Shown: in pieces, positions 59,985 to 64,000 of the stretch | How the letters are laid out: every line of letters starts with the position of its first letter | Numbering within the stretch: the first letter of the stretch is position 1 | Assembly (NCBI GenBank): GCA_950097015.1 | Contig: CATNEN010000001.1 | Coordinates: forward strand, 23,808,001-23,872,000 | From: Macrostomum hystrix | Lineage: Eukaryota; Animalia; Platyhelminthes | Length of the DNA stretch: 64,000 nt | Reading direction: 5' to 3' | Notes under the pieces: model-generated | The model's input: the letters and a program-made list of their open reading frames with translations, nothing else | Database searches by the model: none | Told to the model about the DNA's origin: nothing | Translations under genes and position numbers: made by a program

Positions 59985-62140
59985 AGGAGGAGAGGGAGAT
60001 ATGGAGGGTGAGGGGGATATGGAGGGTGAGGGAGATAGGGAGAGAGAGGGGATAGGAGGGGGAGAGGTAGATAGGGAGAGAGAGGGGATAGGAGGGGAGA
60101 GGGAGATAGGGAGAGAGAGGGAGATATGGAGGGAGAGGGGGATATGGAGGGTGAGGGAGATAGGGAGAGAGAGGGAGATATGGAGGGAGAGGGGGATATG
60201 GAGGGTGAGGGAGATAGGGAGAGAGAGGGGATAGGAGGGGGAGAGGTAGATAGGGAGAGAGAGGGGATAGGAGGGGGGAGATAGGGAGAGAGAGGGAGAT
60301 ATGGAGGGTGAGGGAGATAGGAAGAGAGAGGGAGATATGGAGGGAGAGGGGGATATGGAGGGTGAGGGAGATAGGGAGAGAGAGGGGATAGGAGGGGGAG
60401 AGGTAGATTGGGAGAGAGAGGGGATAGGAGGGGAGAGGGAGATAGGGAGAGAGAGGGAGATATGGAGGGAGAGGGGGATATGGAGGGTGAGGGAGATAGG
60501 GAGAGAGAGGGAGATATGGAGGGAGAGGGGGATATGGAGGGTGAGGGAGATAGGGAGAGAGAGGGGATAGGAGGGGGAGAGGTAGATAGGGAGAGAGAGG
60601 GGATAGGAGGGGGGAGATAGGGAGAGAGAGGGAGATATGGAGGGTGAGGGAGATAGGGAGAGAGAGGGGATAGGAGGGGGAGAGGTAGATAGGGAGAGAG
60701 AGGGGATAGGAGGGGAGAGGGAGATAGGGAGAGAGAGGGAGATATGGAGGGAGAGGGGGATATGGAGGGTGAGGGAGATATGGAGGGAGAGGGGGATATG
60801 GAGGGTGAGGGAGATAGGGAGAGAGAGGGAGATATGGAGGGAGAGGGGGATATGGAGGGTGAGGGAGATAGGGAGAGAGAGGGGATAGGAGGGGGAGAGG
60901 TAGATAGGGAGAGAGAGGGGATAGGAGGGGAGAGGGAGATAGGGAGAGAGAGGGAGATATGGAGGGAGAGGGGGATATGGAGGGTGAGGGAGATAGGGAG
61001 AGAGAGGGGATAGGAGGGGGAGAGGTAGATAGGGAGAGAGAGGGGATAGGAGGGGAGAGGGAGATAGGGAGAGAGAGGGAGATATGGAGGGAGAGGGGGA
61101 TATGGAGGGTGAGGGAGATAGGGAGAGAGAGGGAGATATGGAGGGAGAGGGGGATATGGAGGGTGAGGGAGATAGGGAGAGAGAGGGGATAGGAGGGGGA
61201 GAGGTAGATAGGGAGAGAGAGGGGATAGGAGGGGGGAGATAGGGAGAGAGAGGGAGATATGGAGGGTAAGGGAGATAGGGAGAGAGAGGGGATAGGAGGG
61301 GGAGAGGTAGATAGGGAGAGAGAGGGGATAGGAGGGGAGAGGGAGATAGGGAGAGAGAGGGAGATATGGAGGGAGAGGGGGATATGGAGGGTGAGGGAGA
61401 TATGGAGGGAGAGGGGGATATGGAGGGTGAGGGAGATAGGGAGAGAGAGGGAGATATGGAGGGAGAGGGGGATATGGAGGGTGAGGGAGATAGGGAGAGA
61501 GAGGGGATAGGAGGGGGAGAGGTAGATAGGGAGAGAGAGGGGATAGGAGGGGAGAGGGAGATAGGGAGAGAGAGGGAGATATGGAGGGAGAGGGGGATAT
61601 GGAGGGTGAGGGAGATAGGGAGAGAGAGGGAGATATGGAGGGAGAGGGGGATATGGAGGGTGAGTGAGATAGGGAGAGAGAGGGGATAGGAGGGGGAGAG
61701 GTAGATAGGGAGAGAGAGGGGATAGGAGGGGAGAGGGAGATAGGGAGAGAGAGGGAGATATGGAGGGAGAGGGGGATATGGAGGGTGAGGGAGATAGGGA
61801 GAGAGAGGGAGATATGGAGGGAGAGGGGGATATGGAGGGTGAGGGAGATAGGGAGAGAGAGGGGATAGGAGGGGGAGAGGTAGATAGGGAGAGAGAGGGG
61901 ATAGGAGGGGGGAGATAGGGAGAGAGAGGGAGATATGGAGGGAGAGGGGGATATGGAGGGTGAGGGAGATAGGGAGAGAGAGGGGATAGGAGGGGGAGTG
62001 GTAGATAGGGAGAGAGAGGGGATAGGAGGGGAGAGGGAGATAGGGAGAGAGAGGGAGATATGGAGGGAGAGGGGGATATGGAGGGTGAGGGAGATAGGGA
62101 GAGAGAGGGGATAGGAGGGGGAGAGGGAGATAGGGAGGGG
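59985..62140. repeat. Purine-rich (G/A) complex tandem array, C-free on the + strand
   Basis: Blocks such as GGGAGATATGGAGGGAGAGGGGGATATGGAGGGTGA and GGGAGATAGGGAGAGAGAGGGGATAGGAGGGGG. Confidence 0.96.
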
Positions 62141-62884
62141 CAGACAGGAGGGTGGGAGACGGGGACAGGCATGGACGTCTCTAGTTAGAATGTTTTGTAG
62201 TTAGCAGGTGCATAGTTAGCTCTGCTTGCCTTGCTGATATCAGACCGACAAGAAAGGACTTTCTAGAATATGTTCACTGCATTTCACTGATCACTGCAGT
62301 CCAAAGCTCTAGAACAGCAGGATAACGATAGCCCTCCTTCAAGAACTGCAGGTTCAGTTCAGAAAACGACTGATTTTAAGCTACTCTGCTGCTGAAAGAA
62401 TGCGGTAATAAAACGAAAAACTATTTGAGAATATTTTCAAGTGAAATGGTGTTGAAAACGTTTTGCACTTAAACCTGCTCATTTTTCTCATGATTTGCTT
62501 AAATATGCACACTCCGTTGCTTATGATACTGTTTTCATCCAAAATTGTTTCAGTTCAATTCGTGAAAAAAATAAACTAAATTTGGCTTGCAATGCCTATC
62601 GCAATAAACGGTTTTAAAATGAGTTTGGCACAGAAATGCAGCCATTAAAAAACTGGCCTAAGCTTGGAGCACCAATAGAAAGCTTCCTGCCCAGATTCGA
62701 ACAAGAGACGTCCATGCAGATTTGGAGCGAGAGGGAAGGAAGAGTGGCAATAAACTGCAAGGCCAAAGCGCTGTGGCCTTTGTTCAAATTAAAGTCTTTA
62801 CAATAATTACTTTCTCAAAGTGCAGGTTTGCGTAAGTTTGCGTACTTACGAAGCCCTGGCTAGGTCAGGGGTTCAAACCGGCAG

Positions 62885-63199
62885 TCAGGGCTGTGCTACA
62901 AAGTCGGAGCACAGACAGAACTTGCGCAGATGCGGGGCCAACTGCACAACACAGTCTGCCTGGCTGCCGTAGCGATTCACTCGCGAAGCCTCCCCGGCCA
63001 TAGACATTAGCAGCAGGTGAGCTCCCGGGACGCGGCGCTCCAGGGCAAACTGCACCGTGACCTCGAAGTGACCTTGGTTAGGCTGAGTGACAAGGCGGAC
63101 TGCTAGGTAGCCAGCAGTTAACAGGGCCGAGTTCTCGGTGTTGTAGGCCATGCTTTGCCAGTTGACCCGACGCTGTCGACGTGCCAGATCACCACTGGC
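62885..63199 (-). CDS. Last exon of a second DUF229-family paralog (gene continues beyond the right edge)
   Basis: CAG|GCC acceptor; ASGDLARR..GYLAVRLVTQPNQGHFEVTVQFAL..SRVNRYGSQADC..LRKFCLC aligns with exon 56082-56375. Confidence 0.82.
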   Translation of the reverse strand, partial: ASGDLARRQRRVNWQSMAYNTENSALLTAGYLAVRLVTQPNQGHFEVTVQFALERRVPGAHLLLMSMAGEASRVNRYGSQADCVVQLAPHLRKFCLCSDFVAQP

Positions 63200-63784
63200 C
63201 TGCGGGTGGCATTTCTGCTCCGTGCATCAATTCCGCTTATTTTCCTATCTAGCCTTCTCAACTTAAGAGACTTGCCATTTGCCAGCCTAGATTCTAGGTA
63301 ATTAGATAACCCAAATAGCTATCAATAGTAACGAAGTGATCAAAATCAGTCTGGATTGGTTAACGGCAAAGGCACATCAGATGGCTTTCAGTTGTCAGTG
63401 AGTGCCGGCAGTCACTATGTGGGCTTCAGTGATAGCCCCCCCCTACCCGACAGCAATATTAAATAGTTCTGAATTCAGTGCCTTCTTAAAATAATAGCAC
63501 ACTGTGTATACAGCATAAACTACGTAGAATAGTGTAGCGCCAAATCGACGAGTGCAAATGTACTGAATTATACATTTCACATTTGTATATCAGATATCTG
63601 CAACACTGATAAGCTAGGAACTCGAACAAAACCCTACCCTATGCTTTTATGAAGGCTAACATGTAAATTAGTGAGGCCAAACACTCAGAGCAGCAAGCCT
63701 AAAGAGCTAAACTGAGTTAACATTAGAACCACGCAAAAACTAAATCGTATTGTAAATTGCCACAGCACATCCTCCACCGTCAAA

Positions 63785-64000
63785 AGCCCCAGTCCAGCAG
63801 CCACTTGACACCGTCGCCAATCCAAGACCCCTCAGTCCAGCAGCCACGTGACACCCTCGCCAATACAAGACCCCTCAGTCCAGCAGCCGCTTGACACCAT
63901 CGCCAATCCAAGACCCATCAGTTCAGCAGCCACTTGACACCCTCGCCAATCCAAGACCCATCAGTCCAGCAGCCACTTGACACAATCGCCAATCCAAGAC
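63785..64000. repeat. 43-bp minisatellite, reverse complement of the 55540-55925 array, in the DUF229 copy B intron
   Basis: CAGTCCAGCAGCC(A/G)CTTGACACCCTCGCCAATCCAAGACCCCT units. Confidence 0.95.

Noticed and set aside
59725-62172. 815-aa Pro/Ser/Leu ORF
   Set aside because: Reverse strand of a purine array; stops are compositionally rare

Overview
Eukaryotic (animal) genomic DNA, very rich in minisatellites; the mix of short GC-rich exons, introns filled with 17-46 bp tandem arrays, tRNA-derived SINEs and polyQ tracts resembles the flatworm Macrostomum lignano (inference only). I rebuilt spliced gene models by hand from GT-AG sites and phase checks: MINDY3/FAM188A deubiquitinase (-, 5 exons), a class-I glutamine-synthetase-like/lengsin-family ligase (-, 2 exons), an intronless mucin/proteoglycan-like type I membrane protein (-), SPSB/gustavus (+, 2 exons), peroxisomal acyl-CoA oxidase ACOX3 (+, 6 exons), an orphan Q-rich ORF (-), two tail-to-tail DUF229-family paralogs (both partial) and probable 5' exons of a gene running off the left edge (-). 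Also present are two SINE families, a decayed non-LTR RT and over 20 tandem arrays. The most notable patterns are: (i) in four genes the last exon is bracketed by two different-period minisatellites sharing a core motif; (ii) one DUF229 copy has TGA exactly where its paralog has the C-terminal Cys; (iii) the two diverged DUF229 paralogs share a near-identical intronic minisatellite; (iv) a G-rich array sits inside a SINE between 11-bp direct repeats; (v) an intronic array of about 30 AP-1 sites. Most long ORFs in the supplied track are artefacts of repeats. Family assignments come from recalled motifs, not database searches.
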